Assembly (NCBI GenBank): GCA_013239625.1
Contig: MU054032.1
Span: forward strand, 682,001-746,000
DNA: 64,000 nucleotides
Direction of reading: 5' to 3'
From: Lama guanicoe
Lineage: Eukaryota
Below are positions 52,035 through 63,681 of this stretch, in pieces; position 1 is the stretch's first letter, and every line of letters starts with the position of its first letter. Position numbers and translations under genes: made by a program. The notes under the pieces are model-generated. The model searched no databases, was not told the DNA's origin, and saw only the letters and a list, made by a program, of their open reading frames with translations.

Positions 52035-52230
52035 CAGCTTCTAGACTCAACCTCGGCTGCCTGGGTTCAAGTCCTAGCTCTGCCCCTTTTCTGGCTATGT
52101 GAACTTGGCTCTAGGCCTCAGATGCCTCATCTGTAAGATGAAGATAACAATACTGTACCTACTTCATAAGGTTCTGAGGATTAACTGCCTGACACACAGT
52201 TTTAAATGAGATAAGCAGCCATTATTACTA
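52035..52230 (+). mobile_element. MIR SINE, adjacent to L2-like remnants (~51630-52020)
   Basis: CTGCCTGGGTTCAAGTCCTAGCTCTGCC..CCTCATCTGTAAGATG. Confidence 0.65.
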
Positions 52231-52326
52231 CCCCAATTTATCAGCCTCACACTGTGAGACCCAAGGGAGTGGGAATATTTTTAGCAAAGTATTCCTTAGC
52301 TGCTTTGAGTAAAGAATGAGTGAACC

Positions 52327-52473
52327 GGGGAGGGTACAGCTCAAGTGATAGAGCACATGCTTAGCACGCAAGAGGTCCTGGGTTCAAGCCCCAGTGCCTC
52401 ATCTATAAATAAGTAAGTAACTAAGTAAGTAAAACAGATCCAACCTCCCGCCAAAAAAACCCAGTTAAAAAAA
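52327..52473 (+). mobile_element. tRNA-Ala-derived SINE (vic-1-like)
   Basis: GGGGAGGGTACAGCTCAAGTGATAGAGCACATGCTTAGCACGCAAGAGGTCCTGGGTTCAAGCCCCAG plus AT-rich body and A tail; AAAGAATGAG on both sides. Confidence 0.85.
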
Positions 52474-52677
52474 AGAATGAGGTCTGCTAACTGGATCGGG
52501 TCAGAGCCAGGTTGGGGAAATAAAACTGTGTATTTATGACCATAAGAAGTTATGGGTATCTGCCAAATACCAGCGAGCAAGAGTCAGGAACAACTTGTGT
52601 GACAAAAAGGATTTCCATCTTCTGGCTTCCTCCCGGCGGGTTCCAGGACTGCACTTAATCCAATGAGTGGGCAACAT

Positions 52678-52690
52678 TGCCATCTGGTGG
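52678..52690 (-). promoter_or_regulatory. Candidate CTCF site between GDF11 and the INPP1-like pseudogene
   Basis: Minus strand CCACCAGATGGCA matches the CTCF core consensus. Confidence 0.55.
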
Positions 52691-53089
52691 TGGATTCTGG
52701 AGCTTCTGATTCTTGGCCGTGGGACTAAAACCACTTTTTTGGTGGGGTTTTTTTTGGGGGGGGGCATGCTTTGCATATTTCCACTTTAGATTTCTATTCC
52801 AAGTTCTGTACCATAATTTATTAAGCTTTGTTCCTGTCTCCAACCCCTCCTAGATCTTGCCTCTTTCCTCGAGTTGCCTCAGGCTTGGTACTATTGGGTT
52901 CCCTTGGGTTGCAGGTAAACCCTGCGAGTCTCTTTCAGGAGCTTCAGATTTCCGGCTGCCGTAGACCCAGTCCAGAGGAGGGGACCCTGCTGTCTTTACA
53001 GAAAAGGAGTTGGGAGAGATGTGAACATTTAGATCTTTCCTCATCCCAACACAGGCTAACTGGGGTTTGGGGCCCCGCCCACTGCCCTG

Positions 53090-53148
53090 GTTTCCCAGGC
53101 AACTGTCTTCCAGCCAGGGGTGCCCCTTGGCGGTGTTACCTAGGCAAC
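53090..53148. promoter_or_regulatory. Pair of RFX X-boxes flanked by GC boxes
   Basis: GTTTCCCAGGCAAC (53090-53103) and GTTACCTAGGCAAC (53135-53148) fit GTTNCC-N(0-3)-RGYAAC; CCCCGCCC at 53073-53080. Confidence 0.65.
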
Positions 53149-54200
53149 CTTCGGCCCGCCTTCTTCAAGGTCCTGACTGGTTCATAGCAAATGTGGGTTT
53201 GGGGCTAAGGGAGTCACTGAGCTTTGAAGAGTGTTGAGCTGCCGGGAGAGAAGCAGTGATGAGGTTTCAGCTGCTGGAGGAAAGAGGTGCTTGTGTAGCC
53301 TTGGGTAGAGGGTTTCTTATGTTACATCCCCAGGAAGAGGAACTGTAGGTCTTGGGAGCCGGTCACCAGGTTCGAGGCCAGAGACACCTGGACCACTCTC
53401 AGAGCTGCTGACCCCAGAACAGGGGAACCACGTTAAGGAGGAGGGACTCTTGCTATTCTGCACTCCTACCACAAAGGCCACTCGCACACCCAAATTGCCT
53501 TGTCTATCGGAGCTGGGCTCAGTGGGCAGTAACTCATGACCTCTAACCCAGCTCTTCTTGCTTCTTCCTCCTAAAGGCCTATTTCTAGAGTCAGAGGACT
53601 CATTCCCTGGCATCACAGGTCTTTCCAAGGAGGGGAAGGGCTGGACCATTGAGAGGAAGCTGGGGTGGGGGCTTCCCCAGGAGGGGCTTCCCTCACCCCT
53701 CCTCTCCCAGAAGGAGCCACTGGGAATGTGGTGTGGTGAGGCTATTCTGGGCTGGGGATAGTATGTTGGTGAAACGGACCCCTCCCAGGTCTCTGCCCAC
53801 AAATCCTGAAGCCCCCAGAGAGGATCTTACTGTGTAATTACCATCCTCTCCCACACCACGTTCTCAACCCTATAATCATCCTGCCTGGATCGCCTGTCAG
53901 CCATGTTAACCTCCTTAACCCCAAGGCCCTCCAAGACAAGTTGGAGATTGGGAGGAAGGAGCCAAAGCATTCATTTTTAGAGGACGGGGGTGGGGGGGGA
54001 TACAAATGAGGAACTCTGAGAATCACTGGGTGTCGCCTCTTCATCTGGCCTCCCCGGAAGACACTCCGCCCCTGCACCATCCACTCCTCATCCTCTCAGG
54101 GCAGGCTCAGCCCTCCCAGTCCTCAGATGCACCCTCTTTCCACCTTCACTGGAGGTCCCCCTGGCCCTGCCCACCTCTTTCTGTCTTTCTCCTTCTCCAG

Positions 54201-56822
54201 GGCCTTGGTGGGATCCTACTGGGGGCAGTGGCCAAGGCCAGCCCCATGGCCCAACTCTGCTGGCAGGAGGCACCACTATTCCAGCTACTAGTCACAGAAA
54301 AGGAGGGGTCTAAGCACACAGTCTGCTTCTCCAGGGACTTCAAACCATTGGAGGATATGCTGACCCAGGAAGTGACAAAGCATGACCTGGGCTGCCAGGT
54401 GAGGGGAACTGGCGGAAAGCAGAAATGTTCAGAAGAAATCCAATCTTATGGAGAGAGCACAGAGTAGTGAAAATCAAGGTCATTGCTAGATGTGTATGTG
54501 TAGCAAGGGTGAGGGTGGGTGGATGGCCAGAAGGTCCGGCGGGGGTCTGGGAATGGGAACTGGAAATTAGAGATGTGAGGGCAGGGCAGACTGGTCTGAG
54601 CTCTGCCTAGGAGTGCCAACGACCTCCACCCATTCAAACCCTGCCTTGTCTCTTCACCCCAGTTCCCTAAGCTACAAGACTGCATCCCTGGGGAGGGTCC
54701 AACCAGCTGAGAAGAGCCTGGCTGAATGCCCCCAACACCTTCAGGACCCTGCTGCATCCCCCAGCCTGTACTAGGTGGCCCCTGGCATCCAGGGCCTCTC
54801 TTTGGCACTGCCCTCACCTCACCGTATTTTGAGTTGGTGCCTGCAGGTTATAATCAACGTCTTACTCATCTCTATAGTCCTAGTGCGTGGTATGTTTGGG
54901 CTTTCGGTAAGTGGAAGGATTGATACATGAATGAATGAATTCCTGAACTAACTGCCTCCCCCTGCCCACAGCATTGCCTCTTTCTCTTTTCTCCAGTGCC
55001 CTCGGCTGCTCCATCCCAGGTGGAGACCACTGCACTCCTGAGCAGGTCCTGGACCAGAGCCACAAGGCAGCCCAGCCGAGTTCCTGGCTCAGGGGGTGCA
55101 TGAGGAGGCCACGGATTGGAGCTGTCTGTCCTGCCCAGTCACCGGCTGAGCATCTAGATTGACCCTGTGGGGAACAGTGACACAGGCTGGGAGGAGACTG
55201 GGACAGGAGTCAGGCAAGGTGGGGAGAATGAGGGGCCAGAGTTCAGGGGCTGGAAGCCCCAGGAGCAGGGAAAGGAGTGGGTAAGAAGGGAGGCAGAGCA
55301 CTGGGGGGCAGTGGGGAGTGGGTTGGGGCTGGAGCTAGAACTCTGGGCCAAGGCCAAGGTGGGTAGAAGGGGCCAAAGGAGGCTGGGTTGTTCCTCCTGA
55401 CCCTTTCCTTGGCCATCTTAAGTGGGGTTGAGTCCAGATATTTGATTTACAGAATCATTTTAGCTCCCATGAGTCAAGAAACAGGGTATGATAAAGCCTT
55501 TACTTTCTCAAAGCAATGAAACTGATCCCCGCATTTCTTCTCTGATCCTCACAACTGCCCTGGGAGGTGAGGACGGGGGTTCTCCTGCTGAACCAGGAGA
55601 AAGCTGAGGCTCAGGGAGGGTGAGTTTAGCCAAACTCACCCCACGCACGTGGGGCAGAACCTGTCTCTCACCAGGGCTTCTGACCAGAGGGGGCTTTTTG
55701 CTGGTGGCAGGCGTGGCGCACCCAGCACTGGCGTTGGTGGGCCAAGTCCCTGCTTCTGGCCTGCAGGTTGCTTCACCTCTCTGGGCCTTACTCACCTGGC
55801 AGCGAGGAGGTAAGCTGACTTTGGCAACGATGATGTTCCCTGGGCACCATGTTCTGGTGACCTAGTCTGGCCCAGACAGCTGGAGGGGTAAGAGGGGGCC
55901 CGCAGTGACTGGAGACCCCTCTCTAGGCCCCAGACTCCACCAAGGAGTACATCTCCAACCTCACCCTTGTTTTGATCTAACTCTGCCACTTGGGAGCTGC
56001 CATCAAGCAACGGGGCCTCCCTCATATCCAAAGCTGGGGCCTTTGGATTAAAATCCCAGGCCCCCAATTCAGATCCAATCTCTTGACCTTGAGTTCCAGC
56101 ACCACCCTTCCTGCCCTCCCCTGTGAAGAGACGCATCCTCCTTTCTCCCCCCCACCCCCATCTCCTCCTCTTCCTTCTCCCCACCCCCTCTGTCCTGTCT
56201 GTGTGTCTGCTTCTCTCTCTCACATCCTCCAACCCCTCCTCTCATCTCTCCTGTATCTCCACGCCCTCTTCAACCCTCCTCAACTCCTCTCTCCCCTCTT
56301 CTTCCCTCCTCTTAGGCCTCCTCACTCCTTTCCCCCTCTCCCTCACCCCCACGGGCCTCCACAGGTGGAAGTCCCTAGGTCTCCTGCCAGGGCACCTGCG
56401 TCTAATCTCTGAGCCGGCCCCTCCCGTGGGGCTCAGGCAGGGGCCCTGCTGAGTGGAGGGGAGGCGGTGTCTGCAGCAGGCGTCAAACTCTGTTAGGGGG
56501 TCTGGGCTTGGGGTGCTGGCTAAAAGCTGCTGTGTGTTGTTGTCGCGCTGGGTCCAGCTGATGCCTATGCGCTCTCAGAAGACACTGCCTTCACTTGGGA
56601 CACCTGTGGGCGCCCAAATATCTGGCCCCGGGTGGGGGTGTGGCAGAGTTAGAGGGCAGCCCAGCTCTGCTGTGTGGGGAGGGGGCCAGGTGCCCACCCC
56701 AGCTCGCCTCCACCAGCCAGTGCCAGGCACCCAAGGGACAGAAGCCTGAGCTGATCTGGTGGCTCGGTGGCATTTCCAGGTGCTAGCACTTGGAGCTGGT
56801 GCCGGAGGCTCTAAGGGTGTAA
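54201..56822 (+). pseudogene. Unprocessed, intron-containing INPP1-like (inositol polyphosphate 1-phosphatase paralogue) pseudogene; exon remnants 54201-54398, 54663-54721, 54997-55170, 56365-56822
   Basis: Translations match recalled human INPP1 colinearly: LFQLLVTEK..F..DFKPLEDMLTQEVTK vs LFQLLIEEK..F..DFKTLADVLVQEVIK; FPKLQDCIPGE/SN vs FPGLEKNIFGEESN; ETTALLSR/VLD..LAQGVHEE..LSI*IDPV vs ETAELLSKVLN..LARVVHQD..LGIWVDPID; GAG*KLLCVV..ADAYALSEDTAFTWDTC vs GAGYKSLCVV..VDIYIFSEDTTFKWDSC. Several stops and frameshifts. Confidence 0.88.
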
Positions 56823-56911
56823 TGTGAAGGGCAGGGCTGAGGTCTGCCACCTCCCCACCCAAGGTACACAGCGTTCTCTGCTGACTTTCCAGGCTAGGGA
56901 AGTGGGCTGTT

Positions 56912-57081
56912 CTTTTTCTTTTTTAATTGTGTTAAAATACATGTAACACAAAATTTGCCGTTTTAACCACTTTTGTGCTTACAGCTCAGGGGCTCTAAGT
57001 ACATCCACTTGTTGTGCTACTGTCACTACCACCCATCTCCAGAAGCTTTCTATCCTCCCAAGAGGAAACCGAATACCCGAG
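56912..57081 (-). mobile_element. L1MB-like 3' end running into the assembly gap
   Basis: TTTTAATTGTGTTAAAATACATGTAACACAAAATTTGCCGTTTTAACCAC. Confidence 0.65.
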
Positions 57082-57319
57082 NNNNNNNNNNNNNNNNNNN
57101 NNNNNNNNNNNNNNNNNNNNNNNNNNNNNNNNNNNNNNNNNNNNNNNNNNNNNNNNNNNNNNNNNNNNNNNNNNNNNNNNNNNNNNNNNNNNNNNNNNNN
57201 NNNNNNNNNNNNNNNNNNNNNNNNNNNNNNNNNNNNNNNNNNNNNNNNNNNNNNNNNNNNNNNNNNNNNNNNNNNNNNNNNNNNNNNNNNNNNNNNNNNN
57301 NNNNNNNNNNNNNNNNNNN
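57082..57319. other. Assembly gap (238 N)
   Basis: Run of N. Confidence 1.
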
Positions 57320-57699
57320 TGACCAGGTGGCCTTCCTTGCCCTCCTCCTCCAACTCCACACGGGTCTGTTCTCCGGGGTCTCCTGGCCCCGTTCTTTCTC
57401 TCCCACTGTGTGACCACGCCGCTGCCACTACCCTGCACTGGCCACAGTTTGCTTCCAGCTGTTCCCCGGTGGGAGGGTCCCACTCCCATGACCTTCACCT
57501 CAGCTCCGCCCCTGCCCGCCTGGATCCCTCCTCAGGACTGGCAGGTGCTCCGGATCCTGGGATCCTGTCCGGACACTGGGCTGGAGGCCACCCCATCGAG
57601 TGGCCTTCTCTTGCTTCTCAGCGCTTCTGACCACTGTCCCCTCCTCTTGTCCTGAAGTTCTCTTTTCTCTTCGTGTCTGAGAGAGAGAGAAAAAACCAT

Positions 57700-57900
57700 G
57701 GGCTTTGGAACCCCCAGAGATCTGGGTTCAAGTCTAAACATAGCCCTTTACTGGCTTGGACTCCGGGCATGTCACTTCCTGTCTCCGAGCCTCAGTTTCC
57801 TCATCTCTAAAACAGGACAAGTCGTACAGACCCTGCCAGGTTGCGGTGAGGCGTAAATGAGCTCATAGCTATAAGCGCCCAGGATGGTGCCTGGTAAAGT
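57700..57900 (+). mobile_element. MIR SINE
   Basis: GATCTGGGTTCAAGTC..GAGCCTCAGTTTCCTCATCTCTAAAAC. Confidence 0.7.
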
Positions 57901-59469
57901 GAGGGGTCTGGCCCTGCGGCTCCCTTTCCCTTTCAGCCCCTTTACTGCTACTCACCCCTCCCCCATGTTCCTGAAACATAACGGTTTCCTGAAACTCTGC
58001 CTCTGTTTTCTTCTCTTGCTCTGGCCCTCACTCATCTATGGATTTAGATATCACTTTTTATCTTTAGTCTGACTGCTCTTCTCCTCTGAATTTCACATCC
58101 CCAACTCCAGGTGAGACATTGCCACCTGGCTGCCCCTTATGGGTCTCCTGCCTTGGGTGACCGCCACCTTCTCCCCTGGGTGCTCAGGTCTGGAAGCTCG
58201 GAGCCATCGCCAACTCTTCCCACTTCCTCTCCCCCTCCTGCGGGTAAGCATTCACCCTGTCCTTTGGCCCTCTGAAAGGCCTTTCCAAGGATTTTCGCTC
58301 ATTTCCATGGTCCTGGCCTTCATCAGTTCTCCCTTGGACGTGGCAGTGATGGTCCACCTCCCCCCCAGGCATTCATTCATCCTCCTTCCAAGGTCGGCCC
58401 AATCCCAACCCCAAGATAACCCTCTCAGTGACTTCCCAGCACTCCCCATTGCTCTAGAACACATTCAGCAGAGCCATCTCAATAGTCTATCACCCAGACT
58501 GTCTTCCTTCTGCCTCATTTATTGTTTTGTGAACTATTCCAAAGTAAATTACAGATATGACATTTCACCCTTCAATACTTTAGTATGCATCTTTAAAAAA
58601 TAGAGTAATTGAATTCAAGACATCAGCCTCCAGGGGTGTTCACATGGCTGAGTGCCCCCCAATATGCCTGCCACCAAGGTCTGTGAGCTGCAGCTGCCCT
58701 CGCCTCTCCAGGAGTCTCTCCAAGACCAGCAACCATACCTGAGAGAGCAAAGTCCTCCACAGGCTGAGCCATGAGAAAAGGTGGAGCTGTCCATTGCTGG
58801 CGGCTTCTCCCTGCTCACCAGTGAAGTTTGCAGCCAAGATTGATCTTGGAGTCTGATTAAGAGTAGGGTTGAGGCTGAGGAAGCTGGAAGCACATGCGAT
58901 CACTCTAGGAAGAATGGCTTCTTACCTCATGGCACCTGAAGGGATGCAGTGTCAGTACTCTGGTCAGTACTGAGGTGAGATGACAGTCTCTAAGACACAC
59001 AGTGTCCATCTTTGCTCTCCTCTCCCCCTCTCCCTGGCCGCAGCCCTCCCTGGCTGTGCTGCAGCACAGAGGGTGTCCCTGGCACAGCTGCTCCTCTCTG
59101 GGTTGTCTGGGGAGCCAGCTCTGCCCTGGGTTTGTGCTTGCTTGTCACCCTACCCCAGGTCTAACCTTCTCGAAAAAAAGAGATGGTTCAAGAGAGTTTT
59201 TTTTAAAAAAAAAAGGGTAATTTTCCTATATTATCATCAGAGCTAACAAAATAATTTTTCTCATGTCTAATCCTCAGCTTATATTCACATCCTGCCCAGT
59301 TATTCCCAAAATGTCTTTCACAGTTGGTTTGTTCAGGCAATTATACTTGGTGGTTACGTGTCCAAAGTTTCTTCATATTGACTTCAGACCACCTTCCCCC
59401 TTGTTCATCTGTCACCACATCCTTTCTGAGCCCTGTGAGTCAGCCAACCCCAACCTACCGTGGACTTTT

Positions 59470-60024
59470 TTTAAAAATTGATATAGTTGATTTACAATGT
59501 TGTGTTAGCTTCAGGTATGTGTGTATGTGTGTATATGTATATATATATATATATACACACACATATATATATACACACATACACACACACACACACACAC
59601 CCCCCCCACATCTTCTTTATCCAGTCATCTGTTGCTGGACATTAAGTCTGCTCCCGTGACTTGGCTATTGTAAATAGTGTTTGTATAAACATTGGGGTGC
59701 ATGTGTCTTTTCTAAATTAGAGTTTTCATCTTTTCCAGATACATGCCCAGGAGTGGGATTGCTGGATCACATGGTAACTCTTATTTTTAGTTTTTCATAG
59801 TCGCTGCACCAATTTTACATTCCCACCAACAAAATAGGAATCTCCACACCCTCTCTAGCATTTATTATTTGTACTTTTTGGTAATGGCCATTCTGACAGC
59901 TGTGAGGTGATACCCCATTGTAGTTTTGATTTGCATTTCTCTAATAATTAGTGCTGTTGAGCATTTTTCATGTTCCTGTTGGCCGTGTGTATGTCTTCTT
60001 TTTCAGGGGGGGAGGTAATTAGGC

Positions 60025-60059
<35 letters not shown>

Positions 60060-60157
60060 TGTTATTATTTCAACACACATTCTACCACTGAGCTATACCC
60101 TCCCCCTATTGCCAATGTCTTCTTTGGACAAATGCCTATTTAGGTCTTCTGCTCATG
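59470..60157 (-). mobile_element. L1 3' fragment with internal (TG)n(TA)n(CA)n microsatellite and nested SINE (60002-60114)
   Basis: L1 terminus and UTR motifs; nested SINE flanked by TSD ATGTCTTCTTT (59991-60001, 60115-60125). Confidence 0.8.
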
Positions 60158-61175
60158 CCATGGGCTTTTAAAACTACTCTTTTTTATACTTTGCCCTTTC
60201 CTTGTCCCTGGAACTGAGCATTTGCCCTTTTATTCTCTCAGGTCACCTTGGAGAGCACCACTCACCTCTGTGAAATCAGTTTTTTCTTCTTCCTCCCTGA
60301 GTTCGTGCAGCTGTCTGGCTCTGGGGAGTGCCTCTGTTTACAGTGTGGGCTCTGTCTGCAGGCAGAGGAGAGGGCCACAGTCCTCCTCGCCTCGCTGCCC
60401 CTGAGCCTAGCACATGCCTGGCAGAAACGGTTGGATACTTCTTTCTTCAGCATCTTTGCTCCTCCTCCACAGTCTGCCTGCGGGGCTAACTAGGGAGCAA
60501 GGTCCGCTAGGGCTTGGTGTGTCTCGCTGGAAGGTTGTGGTCTGGAAACTGGTTCTCAGCCCAGCCCAGATCTTCTTCCTTTTGCTCTTACAGTTTCTTT
60601 CCGCCTTTGCGTACACACACCAAAGCTCAGGAAATGGTTCTTCAGGCAGGACCAGAAGAACCTAAGGTGTGGGGTCCAGGCTGGGCGGGCAGGAGTGTGG
60701 TTGTTCGTACTGCCCCTGCCTGTTCACACAGCTCCTTCTGGGGACGACCATGGCCCACCGGGAGGGAGGCAGCTTGAGCCCACGCCCTGAGCTTCCAGTC
60801 CTCTCCTGGCTTTGCCCTCTGGGCTGTCCCCTAGGATGGGAGGGGAAGACCCAGAAGATAGATGCCTGCCTGCCTCAGTGCCCTCGCCCAGGCCTCTGAA
60901 GGCTGATCTATGAGCAAGCGGTGGGAGCGACCTCCGCAATCCTCCCCCAGAGGGAGGGACCTAACTCTGACGCGTCATGATTGACTGCGTGGGATGGTTC
61001 TGAGAAGGGCTTCCTCCACTTCTCAGCTCACTTACTCTTGAGTCCCAGAAAATGGAGAAGGGACTAAGAGAGGGATGGGAACACCTACTCTAGAACTTTG
61101 GGGGACTCCCAAGACGTGAGGCCAGGGACTTTCTGACAGTGTTTATTCAGGCCCCACCCGATCCCAGAGATCCAA

Positions 61176-61191
61176 CAGCGCCCTCTGCTGA
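61176..61191 (-). promoter_or_regulatory. Candidate CTCF site upstream of CD63
   Basis: Minus strand TCAGCAGAGGGCGCTG matches the CTCF core consensus. Confidence 0.55.
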
Positions 61192-61557
61192 CTCGGGGAA
61201 GGGGTTGGGGGCTGGAACCGAGTTGGAGCGAGAGGGAGTGGGCTGTGGGTGGAGGGTGAGGAGACCATCTTGTCACCTTGCCTGAACTCTGCGGCCCGGA
61301 CCCGGCGCTCAAAGGATAACTCTGGGCCGCTCGTCCCTCCTCTGGCTCTCACATGCCTCCTCTGCTTCCCTGAGCCAGAAGAATCAGGCGGCGCTCCGTC
61401 GCGCTCTCCTACCCTCAGCTGGCATGGGGCTGGGGGCGCCAGCGGGGCCCCCGGCACCCTGAGGTCCTGCCCTTTGCGGGGGTGGGCGCTGTCTTCCGGG
61501 CAGGGGCCACATGGTCTTGACTGGGCAGGGGGCTCGGCCCTCCCCACGCGGGCCGGG

Positions 61558-61676
61558 TGACTCAGGCCGCAGCTGTTCCCGCGTCACATGAGGGAGGCTG
61601 GCGGCCACTCGGCGGGGAGGCGAGGGGGGAGGGGGCTGTGGCTGGAGCCGGGGCGGGGCCGGAGCCGGGCGGGGCC
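61558..61676 (+). promoter_or_regulatory. CD63: CD63 TATA-less promoter: AP-1, CLEAR/M-box-like E-box, GC boxes, inside a CpG island (~61280-62480)
   Basis: TGACTCA 61558-61564; GTCACATGA 61583-61591; two GGGCGGGGCC boxes near 61651 and 61667. Confidence 0.7.
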
Positions 61677-61689
61677 AGAGCCGGGGGGC

Positions 61690-61748
61690 GCAGCTAGAGA
61701 GCCCCTGAGCCGCGGCAGGAGAGCAGCGCACAGCCTCGGGGAGCCCAG
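61690..61748 (+). other. CD63: CD63 non-coding exon 1 (5'UTR; start approximate)
   Basis: Follows the GC boxes and ends at strong donor GCCCAG|gtgagg (61748); resembles the recalled human CD63 leader. Confidence 0.7.
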
Positions 61749-62361
61749 GTGAGGCCGCGGGGCCCGCGCCGGCTTCGGCGTGGGGTAGGGTAGGGTGGTG
61801 GGGATCGCCGGCAGCTTCCCGCTCGTGGGCTACCCCCGGGCCTCGGAAGATCCGCCGCGCTCCCCCGCCGCTCCTGAGGCCCTCGTAACTTTGCAACTTT
61901 GGAAAGTTCCGGAGGCTCGGGCGCGGTGGGGTGGGGATGCCGGCTGCATTTATTTTTGGCGGTGGTCAGAGCCTAGGGGAAAGTGGCCTGGGGTCCGGCT
62001 GGGGCTGAGGTCCGTTTTTCCAGGCTGGTTGGGTGGGGTGAGGGTGTTCAACGCCTGGGGCCCGGCTGGCCGAGGGTGGGCGTCAGACCCTGGCCCTTGA
62101 CCTCGCCCTCTGCTCGGTCCCGGGCCTCGGCGGCGGCGGGGCGGGGTTCGGGCTGGGCGGCGGGCGCCCCCACCCCTCTCCTGCGGGGAGAAGAGGGGGC
62201 TGGGAGACGTGGATCTGACCGCGGGTTTCCGGGTGGGAGGGGCCGGGAATGGGGGCCGCGCAGGGAAGGTCTCGAGGGCCGGCAGACTGCTCCGGAGCCA
62301 AGATCCCCCCTCGGCCAGTTCTCATCCCCCTGCCCTCCCCTCTGCTCCAGGCCAGGCAGTC

Positions 62362-62427
62362 ATGGCGGTGGAAGGAGGAATGAAATGTGTCAAGTTCTTG
62401 CTCTACGTTCTCCTGCTGGCCTTTTGC
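62362..62427 (+). CDS. CD63: CD63 tetraspanin, first coding exon
   Basis: gcagtcATGG; MAVEGGMKCVKFLLYVLLLAFC|gtgagt. Confidence 0.97.
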
Positions 62428-63338
62428 GTGAGTGAGGAGCGGGGACGGCGAGGGCGCGCTGGCGGGGTGCGGGGAGACCTGGCCCGGAGTGGTGAGGGCT
62501 GAGGGATCAAGAATGAAGGCAGCTGGAGACCAGATGTAGCAGGAGAGCCGAGGAACGACCGAGGACAGCACGGCCATCCCCTCCTCCAGTTTTCAGGGAC
62601 CTCTGAGGCTGGTCTGGACTGAGAATGGCCGGCCCGGGTGCTCAGCACCCTCGCCACAACCCCTTCTGGCCCTTCCTGTCGGGTGACCCAACCTCTTGTG
62701 ATACGGGGCAGTGGGGCAACCAGCCAACCGCCTGATGCTATCGCCAGGCCACGGGGTGCCCGTCCGCTCCTCCTCTATAGAGCCGGCTCCCCCTCCACCT
62801 CCTCTTCCCTGTCCGCTGGGCTGCTCGGGGGTGGGGAAGGGCTCTGCCCACCTCAATTGCTCTGCCCTGGCCTTCTGGCCTGAGAGGCTACTGTTCGTGC
62901 AGGGAGGGGCAGAACCTCTTACCCCCTTTTTCTCCTCTCTTCGCTCTGGCCTAGTCACAGCTGATGATGATGTGGTGGGATTGGAGGGTAGTGAGAGGGC
63001 AGTTCTGGGAGCCCTACAGGCTCATAGGAAGAGGCCTACCTTTAGGAAGTTTTACTGGTGGGAATTCGTGCCCTGGGGTCAAGGCTTTCTGGGAACTTCT
63101 CTTTTTGTGTTTGGTGAGTTGCTGCTTGAAGGAAGGCGTGGTTGCTGACTGCCTTCTCTCTGAGAGCCTTGAACAATTTCCCAGACTCCTCCCCCACAGT
63201 CAAAAGTTTCCTGGAGGTGTGAGAATCTGTTTCTCTGGGATGGGGGTTCTGGCCATGTCCTGGGTGCACATGTCGCCCTTCATTGTGGAGGCCTGATGGT
63301 GTTTGGGTCTTCTGAATCCTGACCTGCCCTCCTTGCAG

Positions 63339-63527
63339 GCCTGTGCAGTGGGACTGATCGCCGTGGGTGTAGGGGTCCAGCTTGTCCTGAATCAGACCAT
63401 TACCCAGGGGGCCACCCCTGGCTCCCTATTGCCCGTGGTCATCATTACAGTGGGTGCCTTCCTCTTCCTGGTGGCCTTTGTGGGCTGCTGTGGGACCTGC
63501 AAGGAGAACTACTGTCTTATGGTGACG
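63339..63527 (+). CDS. CD63: CD63 second coding exon
   Basis: ttgcag|GCC TGT...GTG ACG|gtgagt; ACAVGLIAVGVGVQLVLNQTITQGATPGSLLPVVIITVGAFLFLVAFVGCCGTCKENYCLMVT. Confidence 0.97.
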
Positions 63528-63681
63528 GTGAGTGGGGTACAGGCCAGTGTGGGTGCCTGGCACTGCCAGAAGGGCATTTCTCTGGAGGGTGGGTGGGGGA
63601 GGGAAACCTTTGTGAATGTTCCTGAGACTGGCAGGCCCCTCTCACCCAGACTCCAGACCTGACTCCTGTCCTTTGCTGCAG

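Noticed and set aside
52327..52400. tRNA-Ala gene
   Set aside because: The acceptor stem is broken, an AT-rich SINE body and A tail follow, and related copies occur at 15.4, 19.6 and 60.0 kb. It is a SINE head.
55620..55865. ORF containing SGLQV as the missing INPP1-like exon
   Set aside because: Only GLQ resembles INPP1, the flanking STYQY and INQPF motifs are absent, and the ORF start overlaps a MIR-like remnant.
56973..57498. ORFs spanning the N run
   Set aside because: Artefacts of the assembly gap; the flanks look like L1 and L2-like remnants.
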